Assembly (NCBI GenBank): GCA_034667725.1
Contig: JAXDQS010000005.1
Location: forward strand, 64,001 to 128,000
Reading direction: 5' to 3'
From: Thermoplasmata archaeon
GTDB taxonomy: Archaea; Thermoplasmatota; E2; JACPAO01; JAHFTW01
Length of the DNA stretch: 64,000 nucleotides
The position numbers and the translations under genes were made by a program. The notes beneath the pieces are model-generated. The model saw nothing but the letters and a program-made list of their open reading frames with translations, did no database searches and was not told the origin of the DNA. Shown piece after piece: positions 19,474 to 29,600 of this stretch (the first letter of the stretch is position 1; each line of letters starts with the position of its first letter).

Positions 19474-21246
19474 ATGCAAGTCCGCGTGGCCTTCGACGTC
19501 CGGCGCCCCGAGACCCATCTGGTGCGGGTGGCGCTGAAGCTGCCGGCGGCGGCGCAGGACCGTCGCAGCCTGCGGATGCCGGCGTGGGTGCCGGGCTCCT
19601 ACAAGATCCGCGACTTCGGGCGGCACGTGCAGGACCTGAAGGCGACGGTGGGCGGGCGGCCGGCGCAGGCCGAGCAGGTCGGCAAGGACGAGTGGGTCTT
19701 GCTGGGCTGCGCCGGCAAGGCAGTGGAGCTGACCTACGACGTCTATTGCCGCGAGCTGACGGTGGACACGAGCCACGTCACGGCGGACCACGCCCATTTG
19801 TTCCCGGTGACGCTGGTGCTGTACGACGCGCACACCCGGGGCTTGCCGCACGTGGTGGAGCTTCGGCTGCCGCGTGGGTGGAAGCATTGGACCGGGTTGG
19901 AGACGGACAAGCTCGACGGCACGTTGGAGGTGGCGGCGGACTACGACCACCTCATCGACTGCCCTATCGAATGCGGCCCGCCGGCGGACTACCATGTGGG
20001 CACGTTCGAGGTGCGCGGCCACACCCATCGCCACGTGGTGTGGCGGCCGCCGCAGGGCGTGGACTGGCGCCGCATCGACCGCGACATGCAGGCCGTGTGC
20101 CGCGAGGCCGTCAAGGTCTGGGGTGAGGCGCCCTATCGGCACTACACGTTCCTGACCCACGTGGCGGCGGACTACGCCGGCGGCCTGGAGCACCGCAACT
20201 CCACCGTGCTGGGCGCAGACCCCGCGCACCTGCAGAACGACGAGAAGGTGATGACGCGCTTCCTGCCCCTGGTCGCGCACGAATACTTCCACGCCTGGAA
20301 CGTCAAGCGGGTGCTGCCGGCGGCGTTCCAGCCGTACCAGTTGCAGACCGAGTCCTACACCGACCTGCTGTGGCTGTTCGAGGGCTTCACAAGTTACTAC
20401 GAGCTGCCCATCCTGCACCGTGCCGCCGTGGCGGACCAGGAGGCGTTCGCCAAGATGGTGGGCGAGGACCTGGAGATGTACGAGAAGGCCTTGGGACGCA
20501 CGCGCACCAGCGTCGCGAAGGCGAGCCGCCTGACCTGGACGCTGCTCTACCAGCCGCACGAGCACAACGTCAACCGCAACGTCAGCTACTACACCAAAGG
20601 GATGTGGGTCGGCCTCTGCCTGGACGCCGAGCTGCGCCGCCGCGGGGTCGCCGATGGCCTCGACGCGGTGATGCGGCACCTGTGGCGCAAGCACGGCCGC
20701 ACCGGCATGGGCCTCACCGAGGACGCGTTCCCCGACGTGGTCGAGCAGGCCACCGGCATCGACCTGCGCCGCACCTTGGAGCACTGGATCCATGGCACGC
20801 AGGAGCTGCCCATCGACAAGGCGCTGCGGACCTTGGGCTTCGACCTGAAGCGCGACTGGAAGGAGCCGAAGAAGAAGGTCGGCCTCGGCGTCGAGTTCAA
20901 GCCCGGCACCAGCGCCATCGCGCGCATCTGGGAGGACGTGCCGGCGTTCAAGGTGCTCCAGCCCGACGACGAACTGGTGGCCGCGGAGGGCTACAAGTGG
21001 AAGGCCGAGCACTTCCACGACCAGGTCGCTGGGCGCAAGGCGGGCGACACCGCCGAGGTCGCCGTGTTCCGCGAGGGCCGGCTGCGCGTGCTGCAAGTGC
21101 CGCTCACCCAGCTTCGTCCCGACAAGTTCGTCATCATGCCGCACAAGGGCGACGCGGTCGCGACCAAGCGAAGGAAGGCGTGGCTGGGCGAGGGCAAGAA
21201 GCCCAAGAAGCCGGTGAAGACCGCGAAGAAGAAGCGGGCCGCCTAG
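19474..21246 (+). CDS. M61 glycyl aminopeptidase with C-terminal PDZ domain
   Basis: MPAWVPGSY, GGLEHRNS, HEYFHAWNVKR, LWLFEGFTSYY, SYYTKG. Confidence 0.93.
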   Translation: MQVRVAFDVRRPETHLVRVALKLPAAAQDRRSLRMPAWVPGSYKIRDFGRHVQDLKATVGGRPAQAEQVGKDEWVLLGCAGKAVELTYDVYCRELTVDTSHVTADHAHLFPVTLVLYDAHTRGLPHVVELRLPRGWKHWTGLETDKLDGTLEVAADYDHLIDCPIECGPPADYHVGTFEVRGHTHRHVVWRPPQGVDWRRIDRDMQAVCREAVKVWGEAPYRHYTFLTHVAADYAGGLEHRNSTVLGADPAHLQNDEKVMTRFLPLVAHEYFHAWNVKRVLPAAFQPYQLQTESYTDLLWLFEGFTSYYELPILHRAAVADQEAFAKMVGEDLEMYEKALGRTRTSVAKASRLTWTLLYQPHEHNVNRNVSYYTKGMWVGLCLDAELRRRGVADGLDAVMRHLWRKHGRTGMGLTEDAFPDVVEQATGIDLRRTLEHWIHGTQELPIDKALRTLGFDLKRDWKEPKKKVGLGVEFKPGTSAIARIWEDVPAFKVLQPDDELVAAEGYKWKAEHFHDQVAGRKAGDTAEVAVFREGRLRVLQVPLTQLRPDKFVIMPHKGDAVATKRRKAWLGEGKKPKKPVKTAKKKRAA

Positions 21247-22139
21247 CGGACCTGGAACTCCTTGTGCCAAGCCTCGAAGCGGAGGCGGCTGGCGGCGAGT
21301 GCGGCGGCGGGGTCGCCGGCGGCTTCGATGGGGCCCAAGGCACCGGCGTCGGGCTTGAGCGGGTGGCTCATGTCCTCGAAGGTGGGACGGCTCGCCTGGA
21401 ACAGCAGGCCGGTGGGGACCTTGCTGCGGTCGTTGGCGACCCGCATCGCGGCGTCCCAGTCGGAGGGGTCGTGGCCGCCGACGGCCTGGGCGTGCTCCTT
21501 GAACCAGTCGTAGGTGTTGACGAGGTTGTAGGTCACGCAGGGGCTCTGGACGTTGACGAAGCTGAAGCCGCGGTGGCGGACGGCCTGCTCCAAGAGGTCG
21601 ACCAGCTCCTTCTGGTTGGCCGAGTAGCCTTGCGCGACGAAGGTGGCGCCAGCCGAGAGCGCGAGGGCGAGCGGGTTGAGCGGGGCGGCAAGCGGGCCGA
21701 GCGGGCTGGCGCGGGTCGTCATGTCGGTCGGCGTCGTGGGCGAGGTCTGGCCCTTGGTGAGGCCGTAGACCTGGTTGTCCATGACGATGTAGGTGAGGTC
21801 GACGTTGCGGCGGGCGGCGTGCAGGAAGTGCCCGAGGCCGATGCCGAAGCCGTCGCCGTCGCCGCCGGCCGCGATCACCGTGAGCGCGGGGTTCGCGACC
21901 TTGACGCCGGTGGCCAGCGGCAGGACGCGGCCGTGGATGCCGTGGATGCCGAAGGTGCGGAAGTAGGCCGTGATGTTGCCGGAGCAGCCGATGCCGGTCG
22001 CAAGCACGGTGCGGTCCGGGTCCAAGCCCAGGTTTGCCGCGGCCTTCTGCATCGCGGTGAGGACGCCGTAGTCGCCGCAGCCGGGGCACCAGTTGGGGTC
22101 CTTGCCCTTGAGGTCCTTCCAGGACTGCACTTGGCTCAC
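21243..22139 (-). CDS. korB: 2-oxoacid:ferredoxin oxidoreductase beta subunit
   Basis: WCPGCGDYG, GIGCSG, GGDGDG, DNQVYGLTKGQTSPT, SPCVTYN. Confidence 0.93.
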   Translation of the reverse strand: MSQVQSWKDLKGKDPNWCPGCGDYGVLTAMQKAAANLGLDPDRTVLATGIGCSGNITAYFRTFGIHGIHGRVLPLATGVKVANPALTVIAAGGDGDGFGIGLGHFLHAARRNVDLTYIVMDNQVYGLTKGQTSPTTPTDMTTRASPLGPLAAPLNPLALALSAGATFVAQGYSANQKELVDLLEQAVRHRGFSFVNVQSPCVTYNLVNTYDWFKEHAQAVGGHDPSDWDAAMRVANDRSKVPTGLLFQASRPTFEDMSHPLKPDAGALGPIEAAGDPAAALAASRLRFEAWHKEFQVR

Positions 22140-22363
22140 GGCTCCTCCTCCAAGTGCTTCGGCCAAGGCCCGGCGACCGCGAACTTGTAGCACAAGGCGC
22201 CCGTCACGATGACCAGGACGCCGGCGCTGCCCACGAGGTAGCCCAGCATCGGCTGGTCGATGCCGGCCGCGACCAGGCTGCCGACCAGCAGCAACGCCAA
22301 GCCCACGGGGAGCTGCACGATGGCCCACAGCCGCATCCGGCGCGACCACTCGCGGCGCGTCAT
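22136..22363 (-). CDS. Small 2-TM membrane protein between the oxidoreductase subunits
   Basis: MTRREWSRRMRLWAIVQLPVGLALLLVG...; 4-bp overlaps with both neighbours. Confidence 0.7.
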   Translation of the reverse strand: MTRREWSRRMRLWAIVQLPVGLALLLVGSLVAAGIDQPMLGYLVGSAGVLVIVTGALCYKFAVAGPWPKHLEEEP

Positions 22364-24126
22364 TGCGCGGCCTCCACGGCGTGGACAACCGGGTCGCTCG
22401 ACATCGTCCGCCCGTCGTACTGCAGCACGCTCTTGGTGCGCGCGTGCACCGGGATCTCGGACTTCAGCAGGCGGGCAAGCTGCCCGAGCGCGTTGGCCTC
22501 CACCACGAACACCGGCAGGCTGGAGCCCAGCGCGGCCTCGACCGCCTCGCGCGGGAACGGCCACAGCAGCCGGATGGCGACGACCCGCACCGGGAGGCCC
22601 CGGCCCGCGAGCCGCTCGGCGGCCTCGCGGCAAGCCTCGACGGTGCTGCCCCACGACACCAGCACCGCCTTCGCAGTTGCAAGGTCGGCGCCCTCGACGA
22701 CGACGGGGCGGTCCACGTCGGCGGGGATCGCGGCCAGGCGGGCGAGGCGGCGCTCCACCATCTGGACCCGGAGCCGCGGCTCCTCGGTGGTGAAGCCACC
22801 AGGCGAATGCTCGGTGGAGTTGTTGTAGTAGCGGCCGCCAGGCTCGCCCGGCAACGCGACGCGATGCGGCTGCGCGCCGGGGTCGCCGTACGGCTTGTAG
22901 GTGCCTTCCCAGGAAGTGGAGCCGGGCGCGGCGGGGCTCGGGCCGCGGGGAACGTGCTGGGCCGCCAAGGCGTCGAGCGCAAAGGGCGGCACGGTCTGCT
23001 TGAACAGGCTCGCCTGCTGGTCGAGCGCGACGAACACCGGCGACCGCCACCGCTCCGCGAGCCGGAAGGCCTCGCCGGTCGTCGCGAACGCATCGGCCAC
23101 GTCGGTCGGCGCCAGCACGATGCGCACGAACTCGCCATGGCCGCCATGCACCAGGTGCCAGAGATCCTCCTGGCCGTGCTTCGTCGGCATCCCGGTCGAA
23201 GGGCCAGGGCGCTGGCAATCGACGATGACGCACGGAGTCTCGCACGAACCCGCCATCCCGATGGCCTCCGTCATCAGCGACAAGCCCGGGCCCGACGTCG
23301 CCGTGATCGCCTTGGCGCCCGCGAAGCCCGCGCCTGCCAGGACGTTGACCGCCGCCAGCTCGTCCTCCATCTGGAGCGCCGTGCCGCCCAACTGCTGAAG
23401 TCGCGGCATCAGATACTCAAGAATGTCGCTGGCCGGAGTGATGGGATACGCGGCGGCGACCCGGCAGCCGGCCGCCAACGCGCCAAGGGCCGCGGCCTCG
23501 TTGCCCGAGAGGAACAACGCAGGCGCGGCGCGGGGCCGCGGCATCGCGAAGCGCGGCTCCACGCCGAAACGCGCCACCGCCTCCTTGTGGCCCGCGTGCA
23601 GCGCCGCCCGGTTCTGCTCCACCACCTTCTCGCCCTTCGAAAGGAACTGGTCCGCGACGCTGCGGTCCAGCGCGGCGAGGTCGACGCCGAGCAGGGCCGC
23701 GGAAGCGCCGAGCGCCACCATGTTCTTCGCCCGCTCGAACCCCACCGACTTCGCAAGGCCCGTGAACGGAAACGCCTCCAGCCTCGCGCCCGACGCGGCC
23801 ACGTACTTGCTCGCGACCGACTCGTCGACCAGGAGGAGGCCTTCCGGACCCATGCGGGCGTCGACGCGCGGCAACACCGTCTCGTTGAACGCCAACGCCA
23901 ACTCGATCCTTTCTGGCGGAACCAAGCGGCCGTCCGGGGTGAGGCGCACGGTGAAGGTGGTGTCCCCACCCCTGATCCGACTCGGGAAATCACGCTGCGT
24001 GGTAGGCCGGAAGCCAAGGCTTGCCAAGGCGCGCGCGAACGTCTCCCCGCCCGCCTCAAGGCCCTCGCCCGCGGTGCCCGCGATGAGCCACGCGACCCCA
24101 TGGCGGGACAACGGCAGACGCGGCAC
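22360..24126 (-). CDS. korA: 2-oxoacid:ferredoxin oxidoreductase alpha(-gamma) subunit
   Basis: AGEG, SRIRGG, YPITPAS, QMEDE, ATSGPGLSLM, QRPGPSTGMPT. Confidence 0.93.
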   Translation of the reverse strand: MPRLPLSRHGVAWLIAGTAGEGLEAGGETFARALASLGFRPTTQRDFPSRIRGGDTTFTVRLTPDGRLVPPERIELALAFNETVLPRVDARMGPEGLLLVDESVASKYVAASGARLEAFPFTGLAKSVGFERAKNMVALGASAALLGVDLAALDRSVADQFLSKGEKVVEQNRAALHAGHKEAVARFGVEPRFAMPRPRAAPALFLSGNEAAALGALAAGCRVAAAYPITPASDILEYLMPRLQQLGGTALQMEDELAAVNVLAGAGFAGAKAITATSGPGLSLMTEAIGMAGSCETPCVIVDCQRPGPSTGMPTKHGQEDLWHLVHGGHGEFVRIVLAPTDVADAFATTGEAFRLAERWRSPVFVALDQQASLFKQTVPPFALDALAAQHVPRGPSPAAPGSTSWEGTYKPYGDPGAQPHRVALPGEPGGRYYNNSTEHSPGGFTTEEPRLRVQMVERRLARLAAIPADVDRPVVVEGADLATAKAVLVSWGSTVEACREAAERLAGRGLPVRVVAIRLLWPFPREAVEAALGSSLPVFVVEANALGQLARLLKSEIPVHARTKSVLQYDGRTMSSDPVVHAVEAAQ

Positions 24127-24205
24127 AGGCTCGGCACCACCGGTTGGTTCTTATGAACAACCCATGTGGCGCGACTGCTAAGCCGGGTGCAAGCCCGGTC
24201 CATCC

Positions 24206-24280
24206 AGCGGGGTGGGGTAGCCAGGAGATCCCGACGGGCTCATAACCCGTAGATCAGTCGTTCAAATCGACTCCCCGCTA
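24206..24280 (+). tRNA. Initiator tRNA-Met (CAT)
   Basis: AGCGGGG/CCCCGCT acceptor stem with A1-U72; anticodon arm ACGGG-CTCATAA-CCCGT with three G-C pairs; TTCAAAT T-loop; CCA not encoded. Confidence 0.95.
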
Positions 24281-24673
24281 TTCAGTCTTCGGGCGACTTG
24301 TTCGTGATCGTTGCTGCGCTGGGGCCAGTCGAACGCCCGAACGCGAGCGCTTGGTCGGCGTCTCGTCGCGCAACACCTGGTCCAGTCTTGCGAAGTTCTC
24401 GTCCCATTGGCGCTGGAACTCGGTCAGGTACGCGACTGCCTTCTCGATGGGCTCCCCCCTCAACCTGGCGTACCGCCTTGGCATGGCGCGGCGCCGCACG
24501 ACGATCCCGGCGTCCTCAAGCACCTTCAGGTGCTTCGATACGGCAGGCTGCGAGATTGGAAGGGGATTGGTCAACTCCTGCACCGTCGCCTCCCCTTGCG
24601 CCAACCTGGCCAGGATGAGTCGCCTGGTCGGGTCCGCGAGGGCACGGAACGTCAGGGTGAGAGCATCAGGCAT
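24278..24673 (-). CDS. ArsR/SmtB-family transcriptional regulator
   Basis: FRALADPTRRLIL...SQPAVSKHLKVLEDAG; stop codon lies in the antisense of the tRNA 3' end. Confidence 0.9.
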   Translation of the reverse strand: MPDALTLTFRALADPTRRLILARLAQGEATVQELTNPLPISQPAVSKHLKVLEDAGIVVRRRAMPRRYARLRGEPIEKAVAYLTEFQRQWDENFARLDQVLRDETPTKRSRSGVRLAPAQQRSRTSRPKTE

Positions 24674-24678
24674 GCGTG

Positions 24679-25161
24679 TCAAGCCATGTTCGACAGGAAG
24701 CTGTCCAAGCGCGCGAAGCCCTCGTCCATGCCGGCCTGCACGTCCATCCCCAGGAGTTCGTCGCGCAGTTGCTTCGTGGCCGTCGTGATGAGGATGGTGA
24801 CCGTTGTGCGGCCGCCCGCCTCGGTGAAGGTGTGGCTGCGGACTTCGGGGGTCGGGTCCGGGTCGCGGCTTTCCATGACAAGGAGGCGGGGTTTCTCGAC
24901 GTCGTGGAACACGCCGCCCGTCATGAAGGTGGAGCCGTTGGGCCCCCAGCCCCAGCGGAACTTGCCATTGGGTCGGACGTCCATCTCGCAGATTGTCATC
25001 GGGTGGGCAGCGAGGCCGTACCACTTGGGGACGAGCTTGGGGTCGGTGAAGGCGCGCCACACAAGGTCGCGTGGGGCCGCGAAGGAGCGCACGAGTTGGA
25101 TGGTGGTGTCGGAAGGCAGGGTGAGGGTGGAGCCGACGGGGGAGACCGTGGGGCGGGCCAT
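24679..25161 (-). CDS. SRPBCC/AHSA1-like domain protein
   Basis: RSFAAPRDLVWRAFTDPKLVPKW, DVRPNGKFRW, GMDEGFARLD. Confidence 0.9.
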   Translation of the reverse strand: MARPTVSPVGSTLTLPSDTTIQLVRSFAAPRDLVWRAFTDPKLVPKWYGLAAHPMTICEMDVRPNGKFRWGWGPNGSTFMTGGVFHDVEKPRLLVMESRDPDPTPEVRSHTFTEAGGRTTVTILITTATKQLRDELLGMDVQAGMDEGFARLDSFLSNMA

Positions 25162-25180
25162 GCTGGTGGATGGGGCGCTT

Positions 25181-25206
25181 CAATCATAACCGTTTGGTTA
25201 TGGTTG
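25181..25206. promoter_or_regulatory. Putative ArsR operator palindrome CATAACC-GTTT-GGTTATG
   Basis: Perfect 7-bp arms, extending to 11 bp with one mismatch, 20-45 bp upstream of the SRPBCC-ArsR operon. Confidence 0.7.
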
Positions 25207-25280
25207 GGCGGTTCACGAGGCACGACCGTTTCCGATTTCGGCGCCCATTTTCTAGGCGAGGGGTCCAACACGACTCCCCG

Positions 25281-25484
25281 CTATGCACGAAGTGCGACAG
25301 GCTGGAGGGCCTCCGCGAGCAGACCGCGGTCGAGTTCCTGGTCGAGTTCCTGCTGGGAGACGAGGCCGCGCCGGAACTGGAGGTACAGCCCGCTGATGCG
25401 CTCCGTGACGCTCCGCGAGGCCGCCTCGGGCCCCCACCAGGAGGTCGCGGGGTCGACTTGCGTGATCGCGACGAGCTTTCGCAC
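25281..25484 (-). pseudogene. Short or chimeric ORF, possibly a remnant RibD-C/DHFR-like N-terminus
   Basis: VRKLVAITQV start after a G-rich RBS, then unrelated sequence; stop lies within the att repeat. Confidence 0.3.
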
Positions 25485-25494
25485 CGTCCCCCCT

Positions 25495-25830
25495 CTACGT
25501 GGCCGCCTTGCGCACCATGGCGGCCCCGTGCGCTTCGGCGGCGGCATCGAGCCCTTCGAAGGCCCAAGCCACGGGCACCATGGTCTCCTTGCCTTGCCGC
25601 ATGCGTGCGGCGTCTTCGTTGGTGCCGAAGATCATGGCCTTCTCGCTGGACTTGAGGTAGCAGGCGTCCTGGCCGTCCTTGCGGTAGAACGCGAGGCCCC
25701 AACGCCAGACCGGTTCGAGGTCGGGGGCCGTCTTGAGGATCAAGTCGTGCAGGCGTGTTCCCATCTCGTTGTGGGGGGCGCGCATCTTGGCGATCTTGCT
25801 GCGGACCTTGGCGGACGCTTTCTCGTTCAT
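25495..25830 (-). CDS. DUF1801 (YdhG-like) protein
   Basis: LHDLILKTAPDLEPVWRWGLAFY. Confidence 0.75.
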   Translation of the reverse strand: MNEKASAKVRSKIAKMRAPHNEMGTRLHDLILKTAPDLEPVWRWGLAFYRKDGQDACYLKSSEKAMIFGTNEDAARMRQGKETMVPVAWAFEGLDAAAEAHGAAMVRKAAT

Positions 25831-25840
25831 GGTGTGGCCT

Positions 25841-26233
25841 CTACATCCGCTTGGGCTGGAGCATGCTGACGCGGTTGCCCTCGGAGTCCGCGAACGAGAC
25901 CCAAGTGCCGATGCCGGGAATCTCGTCGGGGTCGCGCAGGATCTTGCCGCCGTTCTTCGTGACGGCCTTCATGCTGGCCTGGATGTCCTTCACGGCGATG
26001 ACGACGGACGGGCGCTGCGACAGCGGGTCTTCCGTGGGGCTGTAGAAGCCGCCGTTGATGTTCCCCGGCGTCTTCACCATGCCTTGCGCGTCGGTCTCGG
26101 TCGTGTGCGCGATGAGGTATTCGCCCATCTCGGGGCCCAGTTGCTGCAGCTTCCATCCGAAGACGGTGGAGTAGAACTTGCTGGCGCGCTTCTTGTCCTT
26201 GGCAGGCATCTCGAAGTGGGTGACGGGGTCCAT
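25841..26233 (-). CDS. VOC/glyoxalase-family protein
   Basis: VTHFEMPA...FYSTVFGW...INGG...IPGIG...FADSEGNRVSMLQP. Confidence 0.9.
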   Translation of the reverse strand: MDPVTHFEMPAKDKKRASKFYSTVFGWKLQQLGPEMGEYLIAHTTETDAQGMVKTPGNINGGFYSPTEDPLSQRPSVVIAVKDIQASMKAVTKNGGKILRDPDEIPGIGTWVSFADSEGNRVSMLQPKRM

Positions 26234-26429
26234 GTCGGGCCTCGGCCCCGACACGGGTTGCGCCACAAAAAGCAAGGGGTGGACCCGTGGAGCGAAGTCC
26301 CAAGCCTCTGGCCGTTGCCATGGGCGCCGAACGCCTCAGCGCGGCTCCTGCGCGAGGCGATGAGGATTCCTATGCGCCTGTGCTTGGCGTCCGGAGACCT
26401 GGAAATAGAGGAGAGGGGAAAGGGTCGAT

Positions 26430-26458
26430 TTCGCCTCGGTTTCGTCCGCGATGTCGCG
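26430..26458 (+). repeat. 29-bp direct repeat, copy 1 (TTCGCCTCGGTTTCGTCCGCGATGTCGCG)
   Basis: 26/29 identical to 32401-32429; both copies follow a purine-rich run. Confidence 0.8.
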
Positions 26459-26475
26459 CTCGATTTCCGGGGAAA

Positions 26476-26566
26476 CTACCACGTGCAGCGGCTCGCGGCG
26501 GCGGGGCAGGTGACGGTGGTGCGGGACGGCCGCGCGGTGCGGCTGCATCCGGCTGGAGCGGCGTGA
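26476..26566 (+). pseudogene. 3' remnant of a winged-HTH gene
   Basis: YHVQRLAAAGQVTVVRDGRAVRLHP resembles YHLGVLVRSRQLVCRRDGRDLRHY in the regulator at 31759-32253. Confidence 0.45.
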
Positions 26567-26627
26567 CGCAGGGGTCTCAGCTTCGGGATGCCTGCCAGGT
26601 CGCGGCTGCGTTGGGCGAGGGCGCCGT

Positions 26628-29600
26628 CTAGCCGACCACCCGCAGCACGCCCCATGCCCCCGCTTCCTGGAAGGCAAGCCGCTGGTTCCCCCAGAGGTAG
26701 TCGCCGGCGCCGCCGGGCCCTGCCGCCGGAATCCAGGCGTTGTGGGCTTCGCCGGGGCCGAGGGGCGTGGTGGCGGCGAGGTTCCGGCCGCAGGCGGGGC
26801 CGAGGGGCCGGCAGCCGGGCTGGAGGGCGTCGTCGGCCCACCAGTGGCCGTCGATGCCGTGGGCTGCGAGCTGGTCGCCGGCGCCGCCGAGGGTGCGCAC
26901 GACCAAGGGTTGGCCGCGCGTGGCGAGCAGGACCGGGGTCTCGGGCTCGCGGAGGGCTTGCGCGAACGGCAGCGCAGGGTGGCGGACGTCGAGCTGCGCG
27001 AGCTGGAGGGTGCAGGCGTTGGGGTCTTGGGCGCAGCCGTCCACCAGGAAGGCCTGGAGGGGCTCCGTGCGGTAGTTCACCATCGTGTTGCCGCCCACTT
27101 GGCGCTTGTAGCTCATGGCGCTGGCGTCGTAGAGCGGGTCGTTGCTGGCGTAGAGCAGCACGTGCTCCGTGGCTTGGGTGCCGTCGGCGAGCGTGAGGGT
27201 CGCGTGGGTCCCGGTGGCGGGCGCGAAGGCGGCGCCGGCGGGCTCGACGACGATGGCGCCGTAGAGGCCGCGGAGGCTGGGGTCGGTGGCGGCGAACGGG
27301 GTCTGGAGCGCCGCGTGGGACGAGACGCGGGCGATGCCCAGCTCGCGGTCGGCGCGGTACTGGTAGGTCGCCGTGCCGCCTGGCGGGACCGTGGTGCCGT
27401 TGGTGTCGCCGACCCGGATGCCGAGGTCCGCCGCCGTCTCGGGCAGCAGGAGGCCGGCGTGGAACGCCACGGGGATCGGCAGGTGGTTGGCAAGGTTCAC
27501 GGTGAGCCGCTCGCCGGCGGCCATGCGCAGCACCAGCGGCTCGGGGCGCAGCGTGCCGGCCAGGATGGCGGCCTCGTCGCTGGCGAGCGCGTAGATGTCC
27601 ATGGTGGCCGTGAGGCCGAGGCGTTGGTTCAGGGTCACGGGGACGCGCAGCGCCACGACGTCGTAGGCGCGCACCGGGCCGGCCGCCACCGGGGCGGGCG
27701 CCCGGTTGCTGGGCAGGGGCGCCACGCCGGCCGTGCCGTTGGGCAGGACGCGCAGGATGCCCCAGGCGCCGCGGTCGCGCACCTCGGGCTGCGTCATGCC
27801 GTACAGGTAGTCGCCGGGCGTGCCGAGGCAGCCGCCGGCGCCGCACTCCAGCACCAGGCTGTGCTGGTCGCTGATGCCGAGGCTCAGCGTGTCCAGCGGC
27901 TGGGCGGCGGGGTCGTGGTGGCCGAGGGTGAAGCGGTGGCCGGTGACGCCGAAGGTGGCCAGCCCGCGGCTCATCGTCTGCCCGGCGTAGAGCAGGCGGA
28001 GGGTCGTCGGGTCGCCGGCGTGCGCCACCAGCATGGGCGTCTGCGGGTCGCCTTGCGGGACGCCGTCGGCGAGCGCGTCGCTCAGGAACGGGTCTGCCAC
28101 GGCGCGGCTGCGCAACGGGGCGCTCCGGAGGTTGAAGGCGGCGGGCTCGCCGAACCGGCTGGGCACCAGCGGGAAGGGGCCGCCGGAGGTGCAGGACGGC
28201 GTGCAGGCGCGGTCCTGGAACTGCAGCACCATCTCGCGGAAGGTGTGGTCGCCGGCGGCCATGTGGGCGGCGTGGCTGGCGACGATGTCGGCGACGTGGC
28301 CTTCCGCCATCGTCCAGCCCGTGCAGTCGGCAAGGGCGGCAGCGGGGCGGTCGGGGCGGCACCATTGGGAGCCGTTCGGCTCCACCACGAGGCCGCCGAA
28401 CAGGCCGTGCGCCCAGGAGTGGAGGCCGTCGACGTGGTCGTGCCAGTACACCATGCCGAGCTCGACGTCGGCGAACCAGCGGTAGCGCACGAACTCGGCG
28501 CCGACGCGGGCGCCGGCCGGATGCGCTTGGGCCAGCGGCGCGTCCAGGGTCGCCGTGGCGCCGGTGACGGCCAGGACCTTGCGGATCTCGGCGCCCGGCC
28601 CGGTGAGGCCGATGCCGACCAGGGTGCCGACGCGGACGGCGGCGGGGTCTGCGAGGGTGACAGTGGTGGCGCCTGGGGCGACGGCCGCGGCCAGGGCGGT
28701 GCCGGTCGCGGTGGCGGGGCGGACGCTCTGCTCGTAGTTGTGGCCGGTCACGACGCCGTCGGAGCCCTGCACGTCGAACTGCACGAGGTGGATGTGCATG
28801 TTCACCTTCTCGTCGAGCCGGCTGGTGAGCAGGACGTCCACGCAGTCGCCCTGGTTGGCGCGGATGTTGAGGCTGGTGGCGGGCTTGGTGCCGGAGGCGA
28901 TGGCGGCGACGTCTTCGGCCAGCGCGAAGACGCGGCCGTTCGGGTCGGCGTGGGTGGAGTCGTAGGCGACGGCGGTGGGCATGGCGACGACGTCGTAGGC
29001 GATGCCGCGCGCCGAGGCGGGGCAAAGGGCGTCGGGGCCGCCGGGGCCAAGGTGCGGGGCGGGCCCGTGGCCCGGAGCGAAGGGCGGCCGCTTCGCCAGG
29101 TGCGGCTCCAGGAAAGGGTACGCGAGGCGGCCGTCGCGCGGGTCGAAGCCGACCGCCGGTCGCGAGGACGCGCTGGCGGCATGGTTCGGCCATGCGACCG
29201 GGTCGCCCGGCTCGCCGAGGGCGGTGAGCCCCTTCCACGCCCAGTCCCACACGGCGGCCTCGCCGGGCGCGGGGACTCCTTGGGGCGGGAGGTGGGCCTC
29301 CACCCACGGCTTCAGGTTCGTGGCCGTGAGCAGGGTGCCGTCGGGCATGGTGCGGCCCAGGAGCCCTTTGGAGTCCACGGCCCGCGGCGGCGGGACCCGG
29401 TCGGGCAAGGGGGCAAGGCCGGGCTGCCGCGTGTTGTGGACCCGCCAGATGCCCCACATGCCGGCCAGGTAGTGCTCCACGATGTGGCAGTGGTAGAGGA
29501 AGTCGCCGACGGACTGCTGCACGCCGCCCGCGCCGCCCTCGATCTCGGCCGTGAAGGCGTCGCCGGGCGCGAGGTCCTGGACGTCCACGCGGCGGCTGTC

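Larger units (their letters stand above)
24268..25284 (+). mobile_element. ~1-kb tRNA-integrated islet bounded by the 14-bp direct repeat CGACTCCCCGCTAT (24268-24281 / 25271-25284)
   Basis: Exact repeat of the tRNA 3' end; encloses the ArsR and SRPBCC genes; no integrase visible. Confidence 0.75.

Noticed and set aside
24182-24199. T-arm-like hairpin upstream of tRNA-iMet as a second tRNA
   Set aside because: No acceptor or anticodon arm can be formed.
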